DNA of 36,503 bases. It comes from a virus (Duplodnaviria; Heunggongvirae; Uroviricota; Caudoviricetes). A model generated the notes under the pieces. The model saw only the letters and a list, made by a program, of their open reading frames with translations. It was not told the origin of the DNA and did no database searches. A program made the translations under genes and the position numbers. Below are positions 27,687-36,503 of this stretch, one piece after another (within the stretch, counting starts at the first letter, position 1; each line of letters opens with the position of its first letter). The stretch is from IMG/VR virus record IMGVR_UViG_2718218136_000002, positions 1-36,503 of that record; one strand, given 5' to 3'.

Positions 27687-28859
27687 ATGGCTCAGGATTA
27701 CCACCACGGGGTGCGCGTTGTTGAAGTCAACGAAGGCACCCGATCTATTACCACGGTGAGCACCGCCATCGTGGGTATGGTCTGCACGGGCGATGATGCC
27801 GATGCAAAAATGTTTCCTCTTAATAAACCCGTGCTGATCACTGATGTGCTGACTGCCAGCGGTAAAGCGGGTGAGTCAGGTACTCTGGCCCGTTCGCTGG
27901 ATGCCATCGCTGACCAGGCAAAACCCGTGACCATTGTTGTGCGTGTGCCACAGGGTGAAACGGAAGACGAAACCACGACCAATATCATCGGCGCAGTGAC
28001 TGCTGAAGGTAAAAAAACAGGTATGAAAGCCCTGTTATCTGCCCAGTCACAGCTCGGCGTTAAACCGCGCATTCTCGGCGTGCCAGGCCACGACACCAAG
28101 GCGGTAGCTACTGAGTTGCTGAGCGTGGCGCAAAGCCTGCGTGGATTTGCTTACCTGTCAGCGTATGGCTGCAAGACAGTGCAGGAGGCGATCACTTACC
28201 GCGAAAACTTCAGCCAGCGCGAAGGGATGCTGATCTGGCCTGACTTTACTGGCTGGGACACGGTGCTGAATGCCGAAGCAACGGCATATGCCACCGCCCG
28301 TGCGCTTGGTCTGCGCGCCAAAATTGACGAGCAGACCGGATGGCACAAAAGCCTGTCCAACGTGGGCGTGAACGGTGTCACCGGAATTTCTGCAGATGTG
28401 TTCTGGGATCTGCAGGACCCGGCAACCGATGCAGGTCTGCTGAACCAGAACGACGTCACCACGCTTGTGCGTAAAGACGGTTTCCGCTTCTGGGGTTCCC
28501 GCTGCCTGAGTGATGACCCGCTCTTTGCCTTCGAAAACTACACCCGCACGGCGCAGGTGCTGATGGACACGATGGCAGAAGCACACATGTGGGCGGTGGA
28601 TAAACCGCTTAACCCGTCGCTGGCCCGCGACATTATCGAAGGTATCCGCGCCAAAATGCGCAGCCTGGTCAGTCAGGGCTATCTCATTGGTGGTGATTGC
28701 TGGCTGGATGAGTCGGTGAACGACAAAGACACGCTGAAAGCCGGAAAACTCACCATCGACTACGACTACACGCCAGTGCCGCCACTTGAAAACCTGATGC
28801 TGCGTCAGCGCATCACCGATCAGTACCTGGTGAATTTCGCCAGCCAGGTCAGCGCGTAA
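27687..28859 (+). CDS. FI: Tail sheath protein (P2 gpFI-like)
   Basis: 390 aa, [32 protein letters not shown].. typical contractile sheath N-terminus. Confidence 0.93.
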   Translation: MAQDYHHGVRVVEVNEGTRSITTVSTAIVGMVCTGDDADAKMFPLNKPVLITDVLTASGKAGESGTLARSLDAIADQAKPVTIVVRVPQGETEDETTTNIIGAVTAEGKKTGMKALLSAQSQLGVKPRILGVPGHDTKAVATELLSVAQSLRGFAYLSAYGCKTVQEAITYRENFSQREGMLIWPDFTGWDTVLNAEATAYATARALGLRAKIDEQTGWHKSLSNVGVNGVTGISADVFWDLQDPATDAGLLNQNDVTTLVRKDGFRFWGSRCLSDDPLFAFENYTRTAQVLMDTMAEAHMWAVDKPLNPSLARDIIEGIRAKMRSLVSQGYLIGGDCWLDESVNDKDTLKAGKLTIDYDYTPVPPLENLMLRQRITDQYLVNFASQVSA

Positions 28860-28868
28860 GGGGACAAC

Positions 28869-29384
28869 ATGGCTTTACCACGCAAATTAAAACACCTGAA
28901 CCTGTTTAACGACGGGAACAACTGGCAGGGGATCGTTGAGTCGCTGACGCTGCCGAAATTTACCCGCAAATATGAGAAGTATCGCGGCGGCGGAATGCCG
29001 GGTGCGGTGGATGTGGATCTGGGGCTTGATGACAGTGCGCTGGACACAGAATTTTCCATTGGTGGTACTGAATTGCTGCTGTTTAAACAGATGGGTAAAG
29101 CCACGGTGGATGGCATCCAGCTGCGCTTTACCGGCTCTATTCAGCGTGACGATACCGGGGAAGTGCAGGCCGTGGAGCTTGTCGTGCGTGGACGTCACAA
29201 AGAAGTGGATTCCGGCGAGTGGAAGACGGGCGAAAGCAACACGACCAAAGTGACCAGTACCAACAGCTACGCGAAGCTGACCATCAATGGTGAGGTGCTC
29301 TATGAAGTGGACCTTATCAACATGGTGGAAACTGTGGACGGTGTGGACCTGATGGAAGCGCACCGCAACGCCCTCGGCCTCTGA
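28869..29384 (+). CDS. FII: Tail tube protein (P2 gpFII-like)
   Basis: 171 aa, follows the sheath gene. Confidence 0.92.
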   Translation: MALPRKLKHLNLFNDGNNWQGIVESLTLPKFTRKYEKYRGGGMPGAVDVDLGLDDSALDTEFSIGGTELLLFKQMGKATVDGIQLRFTGSIQRDDTGEVQAVELVVRGRHKEVDSGEWKTGESNTTKVTSTNSYAKLTINGEVLYEVDLINMVETVDGVDLMEAHRNALGL

Positions 29385-29438
29385 TATATCTGAACGGCGC
29401 GGGATACCGCGCCAGAACCCAATTGACAGGACAGTAAA

Positions 29439-29741
29439 ATGAGCGATAAGCAGACTGAAAAGACCATTCAACTGGATACCCCCATCAAGCGCGGTAAAAC
29501 AGAAATCACCGAAATTGTGCTGCGTAAACCGCAGTCTGGTGCGCTACGCGGTACACGCCTGCAGGCCATTATGGATATGGATGTGAACGCGATGATGACC
29601 GTGATCCCCCGCATCTCCAGCCCGGCACTGACTGCACAGGAAATTGCAGAGATGGACCCGGCAGATCTCACTGCCATGTCGGTTGAGGTTGTCACTTTTT
29701 TGTTGAAGAAGTCGGTGCTTGCCGGTTTACCGACAGCCTGA
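29439..29741 (+). CDS. E: Tail assembly chaperone E (P2 gpE-like)
   Basis: 100 aa, immediately upstream of the tape measure gene. Contains the slippery heptamer near its 3-prime end. Confidence 0.8.
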   Translation: MSDKQTEKTIQLDTPIKRGKTEITEIVLRKPQSGALRGTRLQAIMDMDVNAMMTVIPRISSPALTAQEIAEMDPADLTAMSVEVVTFLLKKSVLAGLPTA

Positions 29742-29875
29742 CGGTTGACGATCTGGTGGCAGATATCGCCACCATTTTTCACTGGCCGCCATCCGTTACT
29801 GACGTTATGCCGCTGACCGAAGTGCTGGAATGGCGGTATAAAGCGATTCAGAGAAGCGGGGCCAACGATGAGTGA
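29439..29875 (+). CDS. E+E-prime: -1 programmed frameshift extension of E (lambda G/GT analogue)
   Basis: TTTTTTG at 29696-29702. The -1 frame is open for 57 further codons (..VEEVGACRFTDSLTVDDLVADIATIFHWPPSVTDVMPLTEVLEWRYKAIQRSGANDE) to a stop at 29873-29875, overlapping the T start. Confidence 0.7.
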
Positions 29876-32800
29876 TAATAACCTGCGCCTGCAGGTCATT
29901 CTTAATGCGGTTGACAAACTCACCCGCCCATTCCGTGCTGCACAGGCCAGTTCGAAAGAGCTGGCTGGCGCAATCAGAAACTCCCGTGACGCATTAAAGC
30001 AACTCAATCAGGCGGGTAACAGCCTGGAAAAATTTCGCAAGCTGCAGGCCGATAACAAAAAGTTAGGCGACAGGCTGAACTATGCCAGACAGAAGGCAAA
30101 TTTGCTTAGCTCTGAGCTGGAGTCGATGGAACAACCATCACAACGGCACCTTGTGGCTTTAGGTCGGCAAACGCTGGCAGTCCAACGTCTGGAAGAACAA
30201 CAAAAATATTTGCAGAAGCAAACGGCGCTTGTGCGTGCAGAACTGTACCGGGCGGGAATTTCTGCGAAAGATGATGCGGGAGCAACTGCCCGTTTAGCCC
30301 GTGAAACATCACGTTATAACCAGGAACTGTCGAAACAGGAGGCGCGGCTGAAGCGACTGGGGGAAGCTCAGCGCAGGATGAATGCAGCGCGTGCCAGTTA
30401 TGCCCGTTCGCTGGAGGTGCGTGATCGTATTGCAGGTGCCGGAGCCACCACCACGGCTGCAGGGCTGGCAATGGGTGCGCCAGTGATGGCGGCAGTAAAA
30501 AGCTATACCAGCATGGAAGATGCCATGAAAGGTGTGGCAAAGCAGGTCAATGGTCTGCGTGACGATAATGGCAACCGCACTGCACGTTTTTATGAAATGC
30601 AGGATGCCATCAAGGCTGCCAGCGAACAGTTGCCGATGGAAAACGGTGCGGTGGACTTCGCTGCACTGGTTGAAGGTGGTGCGCGCATGAACGTCGCAAA
30701 CCCTGACGACAGCTGGGAAGATCAGAAACGTGACCTGCTGGCCTTCGCCAGTACGGCAGCAAAGGCGGCAACAGCCTTTGAGCTGCCAGCGGATGAACTG
30801 TCAGAAAGTCTGGGGAAAATCGCCCAGCTCTACAAAATACCTACCCGCAATATTGAACAGCTCGGTGATGCGCTGAACTATCTGGATGATAACGCCATGT
30901 CGAAAGGGGCGGACATCATTGATGTGATGCAACGCCTGGGCGGTGTGGCTGACCGTCTCGATTATCGTAAAGCGGCGGCGCTGGGTTCCACCTTCCTGAC
31001 ACTGGGCGCTGCGCCGGAGGTTGCAGCCAGTGCAGCAAACGCGATGGTGCGTGAATTGTCCATTGCCACCATGCAAAGCAAGAGTTTCTTTGAAGGGATG
31101 AATCTGCTGAAACTCAATCCTGAAGTGATTGAAAAGCAGATGACGAAGGATGCGATGGGAACTATCCAGCGTGTGCTGGAGAAGGTGAACGCACTGCCGC
31201 AGGACAAGCGTCTGTCTGCCATGACCATGTTGTTTGGTAAAGAGTTTGGTGATGACGCGGCGAAACTGGCAAACAACCTTCCGGAACTGCAGCGCCAGCT
31301 AAAACTGACAGCGGGCAATGATGCGCTCGGTTCCATGCAGAAAGAATCCGACATCAACAAAGACTCACTTTCTGCTCAGTGGTTGCTGGTCAAAACCGGA
31401 GCGCAGAACACCTTCAGCAGCCTGGGCGAAACGCTGCGCCAGCCGCTGATGGATATTCTGTACACGGTGAAAAGCATCACGGGAGCGTTGCGCCGCTGGG
31501 TGGAAGCTAACCCGGAACTGACAGGCACACTGATGAAAGTAGCGGCTGTTGTGGCTGCGGTTACCGTAGGCCTCGGCACCTTAGCGGTGGCGCTGGCTGC
31601 AGTGCTGGGGCCGCTGGCAGTGATCCGTCTGGGATTCTCTGTGCTGGGTATCAAAACGTTACCTTCCGTTACGGCAGCAGTAACTCGAACCAGCAGCGCG
31701 TTGTCCTGGCTGGCTGGCGCACCACTGGCACTGCTGCGACGCGGGCTTGCTTCATCGGGCAACGCAGCGGGTTTACTTACTGCTCCGTTGTCGTCTTTGC
31801 GTCGCACGGTATCACTGATGGGGAATGTCCTGAAAACTGTAGCAGGTGCGCCGGTTGCACTTTTGCGGTCTGGATTATCCGGTTTACGTGCTGTTGCTGT
31901 GATGTTTATGAATCCACTGGCAGCACTACGCGGTGGACTGGCTGCCGCAGGCGCGGTGCTTCGTGTGCTTGCATCTGGTCCGCTGGCGATGCTGCGCGTT
32001 GCCCTGTATGCCATATCTGGTCTGTTAGGTGCTCTGCTCAGTCCGATAGGTCTTGTGGTTACTGCACTGGCGGGCGTGGCGCTGGTTGTCTGGAAATACT
32101 GGCAACCCATCACCGCATTTCTCGGTGGCGTGGTGGAGGGATTCAAAGCGGCGGCAGGTCCCGTCAGTGCCGCATTCGAACCACTTAAGCCTGTGTTCCA
32201 GTGGATTGGCGACAAAGTGCAGGCGCTGTGGGGCTGGTTTACTGACCTGCTGACGCCCGTTAAGTCGACCTCTGCCGAACTGCAGAGTGCAGCGGCAATG
32301 GGGCGACGATTCGGGGAGGCTCTGGCGGAAGGGCTGAATATGGTCATGCATCCGCTGGACTCCCTGAAATCCGGCGTTTCCTGGTTGCTGGAGAAACTCG
32401 GCATTGTCAGTAAAGAGGCCGCAAAGGCAAAACTACCGGAAAGCGTGACGCGTCAGCAACCTGCGACGGTGAATGCAGACGGCAAAGTGATGATGCCATC
32501 GGGTGGTTTTCCATCATGGGGATATGGCTTTGCGGGGATGTATGACAGCGGCGGGTATATCCCGCGCGGGCAGTTTGGCATCGTCGGTGAAAACGGGCCG
32601 GAAATTGTTAACGGCCCGGCAAATGTGACCAGCCGGAGAAATACAGCTGCACTGGCTGCCGTTGTTGCCGGAATGATGGGCGTTGCTGCCGCGCCAGCAG
32701 AGCTTCCACCGTTGCACCCCTTGGCACTTCCCGCGAAAGGTGGAGAAGCAATTGTGAGTCGCGCAGCCACTGTGCCGCTCGTTCAACGGATTGAGGCACC

Positions 32801-32945
32801 GACGCAGATCATCATTCAGACGCAGCCAGGACAAAGTGCGCAGGATATTGCGCGGGAGGTGGCACGCCAGCTTGATGAACGTGAACGCAGGCTGAAGGCA
32901 AAAGCCAGGAGTAACTACAGCGATCAGGGGGGATACGACGCATGA
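29868..32945 (+). CDS. T: Tail tape measure protein (P2 gpT-like)
   Basis: 1025 aa, coiled-coil N-terminal half, internal hydrophobic repeats. Position between E/E-prime and U. Confidence 0.9.
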   Translation: MSDNNLRLQVILNAVDKLTRPFRAAQASSKELAGAIRNSRDALKQLNQAGNSLEKFRKLQADNKKLGDRLNYARQKANLLSSELESMEQPSQRHLVALGRQTLAVQRLEEQQKYLQKQTALVRAELYRAGISAKDDAGATARLARETSRYNQELSKQEARLKRLGEAQRRMNAARASYARSLEVRDRIAGAGATTTAAGLAMGAPVMAAVKSYTSMEDAMKGVAKQVNGLRDDNGNRTARFYEMQDAIKAASEQLPMENGAVDFAALVEGGARMNVANPDDSWEDQKRDLLAFASTAAKAATAFELPADELSESLGKIAQLYKIPTRNIEQLGDALNYLDDNAMSKGADIIDVMQRLGGVADRLDYRKAAALGSTFLTLGAAPEVAASAANAMVRELSIATMQSKSFFEGMNLLKLNPEVIEKQMTKDAMGTIQRVLEKVNALPQDKRLSAMTMLFGKEFGDDAAKLANNLPELQRQLKLTAGNDALGSMQKESDINKDSLSAQWLLVKTGAQNTFSSLGETLRQPLMDILYTVKSITGALRRWVEANPELTGTLMKVAAVVAAVTVGLGTLAVALAAVLGPLAVIRLGFSVLGIKTLPSVTAAVTRTSSALSWLAGAPLALLRRGLASSGNAAGLLTAPLSSLRRTVSLMGNVLKTVAGAPVALLRSGLSGLRAVAVMFMNPLAALRGGLAAAGAVLRVLASGPLAMLRVALYAISGLLGALLSPIGLVVTALAGVALVVWKYWQPITAFLGGVVEGFKAAAGPVSAAFEPLKPVFQWIGDKVQALWGWFTDLLTPVKSTSAELQSAAAMGRRFGEALAEGLNMVMHPLDSLKSGVSWLLEKLGIVSKEAAKAKLPESVTRQQPATVNADGKVMMPSGGFPSWGYGFAGMYDSGGYIPRGQFGIVGENGPEIVNGPANVTSRRNTAALAAVVAGMMGVAAAPAELPPLHPLALPAKGGEAIVSRAATVPLVQRIEAPTQIIIQTQPGQSAQDIAREVARQLDERERRLKAKARSNYSDQGGYDA

Positions 32946-33427
32946 TGATGGTGCTGGGATTGTACGTGTTTATGCTGCGCACCGTTCCGTATCAGGAACT
33001 GCAGTATCAACGCAGCTGGCGACATGCGGCAAACAGTCGGGTAAACCGACGTCCGTCCACGCAGTTTCTGGGACCGGAAAACGACATGCTGACGCTTTCC
33101 GGTGTTCTTATGCCGGAAATAACAGGCGGCAGGCTGTCGTTGCTGGCACTGGAGCAGATGGCAGAACAGGGGAAAGCATGGCCCCTGATTGAAGGCAGCG
33201 GCACGATTTACGGCATGTATGTGATTGAGGGACTGAATCAGACTAAAACGGAGTTTTTCCGCGACGGTATGCCGCGCCGGATTGAGTTCACCCTGTCGCT
33301 CAAACGGGTGGATGAATCCCTGTCCGATATGTTCGGTGATCTCAGTGCGCAACTGAATAATCTGCAGGAAACGGCAACGTCTGCCTTAAGCGATATCAGT
33401 AAAACGGTGGGAGGGCTGCTGTCGTGA
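32942..33427 (+). CDS. U: Tail protein U (P2 gpU-like)
   Basis: 161 aa. Start overlaps the T stop. Confidence 0.88.
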   Translation: MMMVLGLYVFMLRTVPYQELQYQRSWRHAANSRVNRRPSTQFLGPENDMLTLSGVLMPEITGGRLSLLALEQMAEQGKAWPLIEGSGTIYGMYVIEGLNQTKTEFFRDGMPRRIEFTLSLKRVDESLSDMFGDLSAQLNNLQETATSALSDISKTVGGLLS

Positions 33428-34524
33428 ATTTCAGCTCTGAACTGCTTAACAAAGGCAACAAAACTCCCGCATTCAGCATCAGTATTGAGGGCAGGGATAT
33501 CACCACTGTGCTGGATAACCGCCTGATGAGTTTGACGCTGACGGATAACCGGGGCTTTGAAGCGGACCAGCTTGATCTGGAGCTGGATGACGCTGACGGA
33601 AAAATCGTGCTGCCGCGCCGTGGTGCGGTCATTACGCTGGCGCTGGGCTGGAAGGGGCAGCCGCTTTTCCCTAAAGGGGCATTCACAGTGGACGAGATTG
33701 AACACACTGGCGCACCGGACCGCCTGACTATCCGGGCGCGAAGTGCTGATTTTCGGGAAACGCTGAATACCCGCCGTGAAAAATCGTGGCATAAGACCAC
33801 CGTCGGGGAAGTGGTGAAGGAAATAGCCGCGCGGCACAAGCTGAAGATGGCACTGGGTAAAGACCTGTCGGATAAGCCCGTGGAGCATATAGACCAGACT
33901 AATGAGAGTGACGGCAGTTTTCTGATGCGGCTGGCGCGACAGTACGGTGCCATCGCGTCGGTGAAAAATGGCAATCTGTTATTCATCCGGCAGGGGCAGG
34001 GCAAAAGCGCCACTGGTAAACCTCTGCCAGTGATCACTATCACACGCAAGGACGGCGACAGTCACCGATTTACCCTGGCAGATCGCGGAGCCTACACGGG
34101 CGTAATTGCCAGCTGGTTGCATACCCGCGAACCTGCGAAGAAAGAAAGCACCACGGTGAAGCGTAAGCGCAGAACTAAGAAGCAGAAGAAAGAGCCAGAA
34201 GCGAAGCAGGGCGATTACCTGGTGGGTACGGATGAAAACGTGCTGGTACTTAATCGCACTTATGCCAACCGGAGCAACGCCGAACGAGCGGCGAAAATGC
34301 AGTGGGAACGCCTGCAACGCGGCGTTGCGTCATTTTCGCTACAACTGGCAGAAGGGCGGGCAGATCTCTACACGGAAATGCCTGTGAAGGTCAGTGGTTT
34401 TAAACAGCCGATAGATGATGCGGAATGGACCATTACGACTCTGACACATACCGTCAGCCCGGATAACGGTTTTACAACCAGTATTGAACTCGAAGTGAAG
34501 ATTGATGATCTTGAAATGGAATAA
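33424..34524 (+). CDS. D: Tail protein D (P2 gpD-like)
   Basis: 366 aa, GTG start overlapping the U stop. ..TPAFSISIEGRDITTVLDNRLMSLTLTDNRGFEADQLDLELDDADGKI.. resembles P2 gpD. Confidence 0.9.
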   Translation: MNFSSELLNKGNKTPAFSISIEGRDITTVLDNRLMSLTLTDNRGFEADQLDLELDDADGKIVLPRRGAVITLALGWKGQPLFPKGAFTVDEIEHTGAPDRLTIRARSADFRETLNTRREKSWHKTTVGEVVKEIAARHKLKMALGKDLSDKPVEHIDQTNESDGSFLMRLARQYGAIASVKNGNLLFIRQGQGKSATGKPLPVITITRKDGDSHRFTLADRGAYTGVIASWLHTREPAKKESTTVKRKRRTKKQKKEPEAKQGDYLVGTDENVLVLNRTYANRSNAERAAKMQWERLQRGVASFSLQLAEGRADLYTEMPVKVSGFKQPIDDAEWTITTLTHTVSPDNGFTTSIELEVKIDDLEME

Positions 34525-34592
34525 AGCGTTCTCAATATTGATATTTTGTGTATCATTACAATAATTCTGATAGCAAAGGTAGGGATCTGGAT

Positions 34593-34811
34593 ATGATGAA
34601 TTGTCCAAAGTGTGGTCATGCGGCACACACAAGGAGCAGTTTTCAAGTAACTGAAAGCACCAAAGAGCGTTACTGCCAGTGCCAAAATATTAACTGCGGG
34701 AGCACTTTTGTTACCCATGAAACAGTGGTCCGGTTTATTGTGACACCCGCACTGATTGCTACTGCTCCTCCACATCCATTGCCAGGTGGTCAGGGGCATA
34801 TGAATTTTTGA
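34593..34811 (+). CDS. ogr: Late gene transcriptional activator, Ogr/Delta zinc-finger family
   Basis: MMNCPKCGHAAHTRSS...TKERYCQCQNINCGSTFVTHETV..PHPLPGGQ resembles P2 Ogr (CPLCQHAAHART..KERYHQCQNVNCSATF..PHPLPSGQ). Confidence 0.88.
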   Translation: MMNCPKCGHAAHTRSSFQVTESTKERYCQCQNINCGSTFVTHETVVRFIVTPALIATAPPHPLPGGQGHMNF

Positions 34812-34818
34812 GAAAGAG

Positions 34819-34839
34819 AACCTGCTACGGCAGGTTTTT
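34819..34839 (+). terminator. Terminator hairpin after ogr, overlapping the convergent stop of the WYL-BRCT gene
   Basis: AACCTGC tacg GCAGGTT followed by TTTATT. Confidence 0.5.
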
Positions 34840-35320
34840 ATTCATCTGGGATCTCACCCGTTTCAAGAAAATGTATAAAGCCAGGCTCATCTATGATGAT
34901 TGTGCCTTTCATCCTGGCTGCCGATACTTTTGATGGGCCTGCATTGTAACCGCAACAGAGCATCTGAAGGCTTTGGGTTACAGAGGTTCTTACCGTTAAT
35001 CCTTGTTCATTCGCCTTATCAACCAATCTTTCTTTATCTGCTTTCTTAAATCCGGTGAAACACACATCGAATGTATTTTTTTTCGGACCAGACTGCTTAG
35101 TGAGATGTGAGTAGTTTTCGGGGAGGAATGATGTGCATTCCTGAATGGCTTGTTCTGGTGAATCGTACTGTTTAAGAATGCGGTCTTTTCGGAAGGTTTT
35201 TATTCGATCGGTGTTCTTACAAATGCCCTGTATATGATTTTCGCTATAACTGATGCTCTGTATAGAGTGAACACCGATACGACCATTTGCATTGATGTAA
35301 ACAAAGTGAAGTTCTTCCAT
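34838..35320 (-). CDS. Cargo gene between ogr and the ssrA junction: small two-domain protein with a WYL-like N-terminal domain and a C-terminal BRCT-like domain; function unknown
   Basis: 160 aa. AGAGG RBS 7 nt before the ATG. N-terminal KTFRKDRI resembles the WYL-domain RtFRldRI motif. C-terminal DVCFTGF..(20 aa)..TVRTSVTQ..GYNAGPSKVSAARMKGTIIIDEPGFIHFL resembles the LigA-type BRCT fold signature. The gene looks AT-richer than the late operon. Confidence 0.6.
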   Translation of the reverse strand: MEELHFVYINANGRIGVHSIQSISYSENHIQGICKNTDRIKTFRKDRILKQYDSPEQAIQECTSFLPENYSHLTKQSGPKKNTFDVCFTGFKKADKERLVDKANEQGLTVRTSVTQSLQMLCCGYNAGPSKVSAARMKGTIIIDEPGFIHFLETGEIPDE

Positions 35321-35346
35321 GTCAAACCTCTTTGCATGATTTCAAG

Positions 35347-35385
35347 ATGGCGACAGGCAAGATGGACGCAAAAGTCTGTCGCCAT
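35347..35385. repeat. Inverted repeat (10-bp arms, 19-bp spacer) upstream of the WYL-BRCT gene
   Basis: ATGGCGACAG ...19 nt... CTGTCGCCAT, followed by TTT on the plus strand. Lies 27 bp upstream of the WYL-BRCT start codon. Confidence 0.4.
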
Positions 35386-35401
35386 TTTGCCGCCACTACC
35401 T

Positions 35402-35433
35402 AAGAAAAAGGGGCTACGCTTTCACGTAACCCC
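35402..35433 (-). terminator. ssrA rho-independent terminator
   Basis: Hairpin GGGGTTACG tgaaag CGTAGCCCC followed by TTTTTCTT on the minus strand, immediately 3-prime of the tmRNA. Confidence 0.7.
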
Positions 35434-35442
35434 TTGATTTAT

Positions 35443-35488
35443 TTGGTGGAGCTGGCGGGAGTTGAACCCGCGTCCGAAATTCCTACAT
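35443..35488. repeat. Proximal att core (within the tmRNA 3-prime end), direct repeat of 5023-5068
   Basis: Identical 46-bp sequence. Identity breaks exactly at both ends. Confidence 0.85.
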
Positions 35489-35806
35489 CCTCGGTACTAC
35501 ATGCTTAGTCAGTCTTTACATTCGCTTGCCAGCTGCGGACGGACACGCCACTAACAAACTAGCCTGATTAAGTTTTAACGCTTCAACCCCAGGCAGGGCT
35601 TCCACGCGATCTCTTTTGGGTTTGACCTCTCTTGATCCCCGTCCTAAGAGCGGAGGCTAGGGAGAGAGGGCTCTAAGCAGGTTATTAAGCTGCTAAAGCG
35701 TAGTTTTCGTCGTTTGCGACTATTTTTTGCGGCTTTTTACGAGGCCAACCGCCCCTCGGCATGCACCTTGGGTTTCGCAAATCCCGTCGAATCCAGAATC
35801 AGCCCC
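35444..35806 (-). ncRNA. ssrA: tmRNA (transfer-messenger RNA, SsrA)
   Basis: Reverse complement starts GGGGCTGATTCTGGATTCGACGGG and ends ...CCCGCCAGCTCCACCA. Contains the tag reading frame GCAAACGACGAAAACTACGCTTTAGCAGCTTAA (ANDENYALAA). Length 363 nt. Confidence 0.95.
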
Positions 35807-36020
35807 AATGTGTAAAGGTAAGTATACCAGATTTATGAGCGCCATGACCAGCCTCAATGGCGTTATCGTTAAAGATTTAGCACCCATGTAGCCTGATTTT
35901 TATTCGATTAAGCAATGGGATGGCAACATTTGTGTCGGATGTGATAGCCAATAAGATGTTCATTCGCGCCGCCGGAGAGGGAGGCGCGGTGAGGAACTGG
36001 TCAATAATTGGAGTGCAGGT

Positions 36021-36503
36021 TTAACGGTGGGCGTTTTTCATGATACGTGCTTTATCCACCTGCCATTCGCGTTCTTTGATATCTGAACGTTTATCGTGCT
36101 GTTTTTTACCTTTGGCGACGCCGATTTTCACTTTGCACCAGGCATTTTTCCAGTACAGGGAGAGCGCCACTACGGTATAGCCTTCTCGATTGACGCGACC
36201 GTACAATGAGTCCAGTTCGCGTTGGTTGAGAAGTAACTTGCGGGTACGGGTAGGATCGCACACCACATGCGTGGAGGCCACGGCCATTGGCGTGATGTTA
36301 GCGCCAAACAGAAATGCCTCTCCGTCACGCAGAAGGACGTAGCTGTCGCTGATATTGGCTTTTCCTGCGCGCAGGGATTTAACCTCCCAGCCTTGCAGGG
36401 CAAGTCCCGCTTCGAACTCTTCTTCGATAAAGTATTCGTGACGGGCGCGCTTGTTAAGCGCGATGGTCGCTGAACCAGGTTTATGTGCTTTTTTCTTCGT
36501 CAT
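36021..36503 (-). CDS. smpB: SsrA-binding protein SmpB
   Basis: 160 aa, [72 protein letters not shown]... Start codon at the last bases of the window. Confidence 0.95.

Larger units (their letters stand above)
5069..35442. mobile_element. P2/186-family (Fels-2-like) prophage integrated at ssrA
   Basis: Bounded by the 46-bp direct repeats. Contains an integrase, an immunity region, replication genes and a full P2-like head/tail/lysis gene set in the canonical order. Confidence 0.85.

Noticed and set aside
31376-32404. 342-aa minus-strand ORF
   Set aside because: Antisense within the tape measure gene T. Pro/Ser/Ala-rich low-complexity.
33396-34049. 217-aa minus-strand ORF
   Set aside because: Antisense within tail gene D.
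35200-35437. Two short ORFs (minus 35200-35385, plus 35234-35437) near the ssrA junction
   Set aside because: Both overlap the WYL-BRCT gene start and the terminator/att repeat. No RBS. Better explained as non-coding regulatory sequence.
35807-35860. ssrA promoter elements
   Set aside because: A TATACT -10 candidate is visible about 15 nt upstream of the mature 5-prime end, but I could not place a convincing -35 with proper spacing, so not annotated.
1-36503. CRISPR arrays, rRNA or tRNA genes, IS elements
   Set aside because: No regularly spaced short direct repeats, no cloverleaf-type tRNA besides the tmRNA, and no transposase-like ORF with terminal inverted repeats were seen by eye.

Overview
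This window is an enterobacterial smpB-ssrA locus (E. coli/Salmonella type) with a nearly complete P2/186-family prophage of about 30.4 kb (roughly 5069-35442) inserted at the 3-prime end of the tmRNA gene. The tmRNA (35444-35806, minus) and smpB (36021-36503, minus) sit at the right edge. A 46-bp copy of the tmRNA 3-prime end (5023-5068) marks the distal att site next to the integrase. The prophage has a 186-like immunity/early region (int, CI, Apl, CII, Dam methylase, replication initiator A, SOS box plus a DinI-like module), a putative cos site, and a P2-like late region (Q, P, O, N, M, L, X, lysis cassette, R, S, V, W, J, I, H, FI, FII, E/E+E', T, U, D, ogr). Embedded in it is a Gin/Pin-type invertible tail-fibre segment with identifiable 26-bp crossover sites and an intact invertase. 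Between ogr and the ssrA junction lies a small minus-strand cargo gene whose product looks like a WYL-like domain fused to a BRCT domain; this is my best candidate for something undescribed. Left of the prophage (about 777-5022) is a decayed older island: a second, degenerate copy of the ssrA 3-prime flank, an invertase pseudogene fragment, and a frameshifted autotransporter adhesin. All calls rest on reading the six-frame translations and DNA by eye and on recalled family features; no searches were run.
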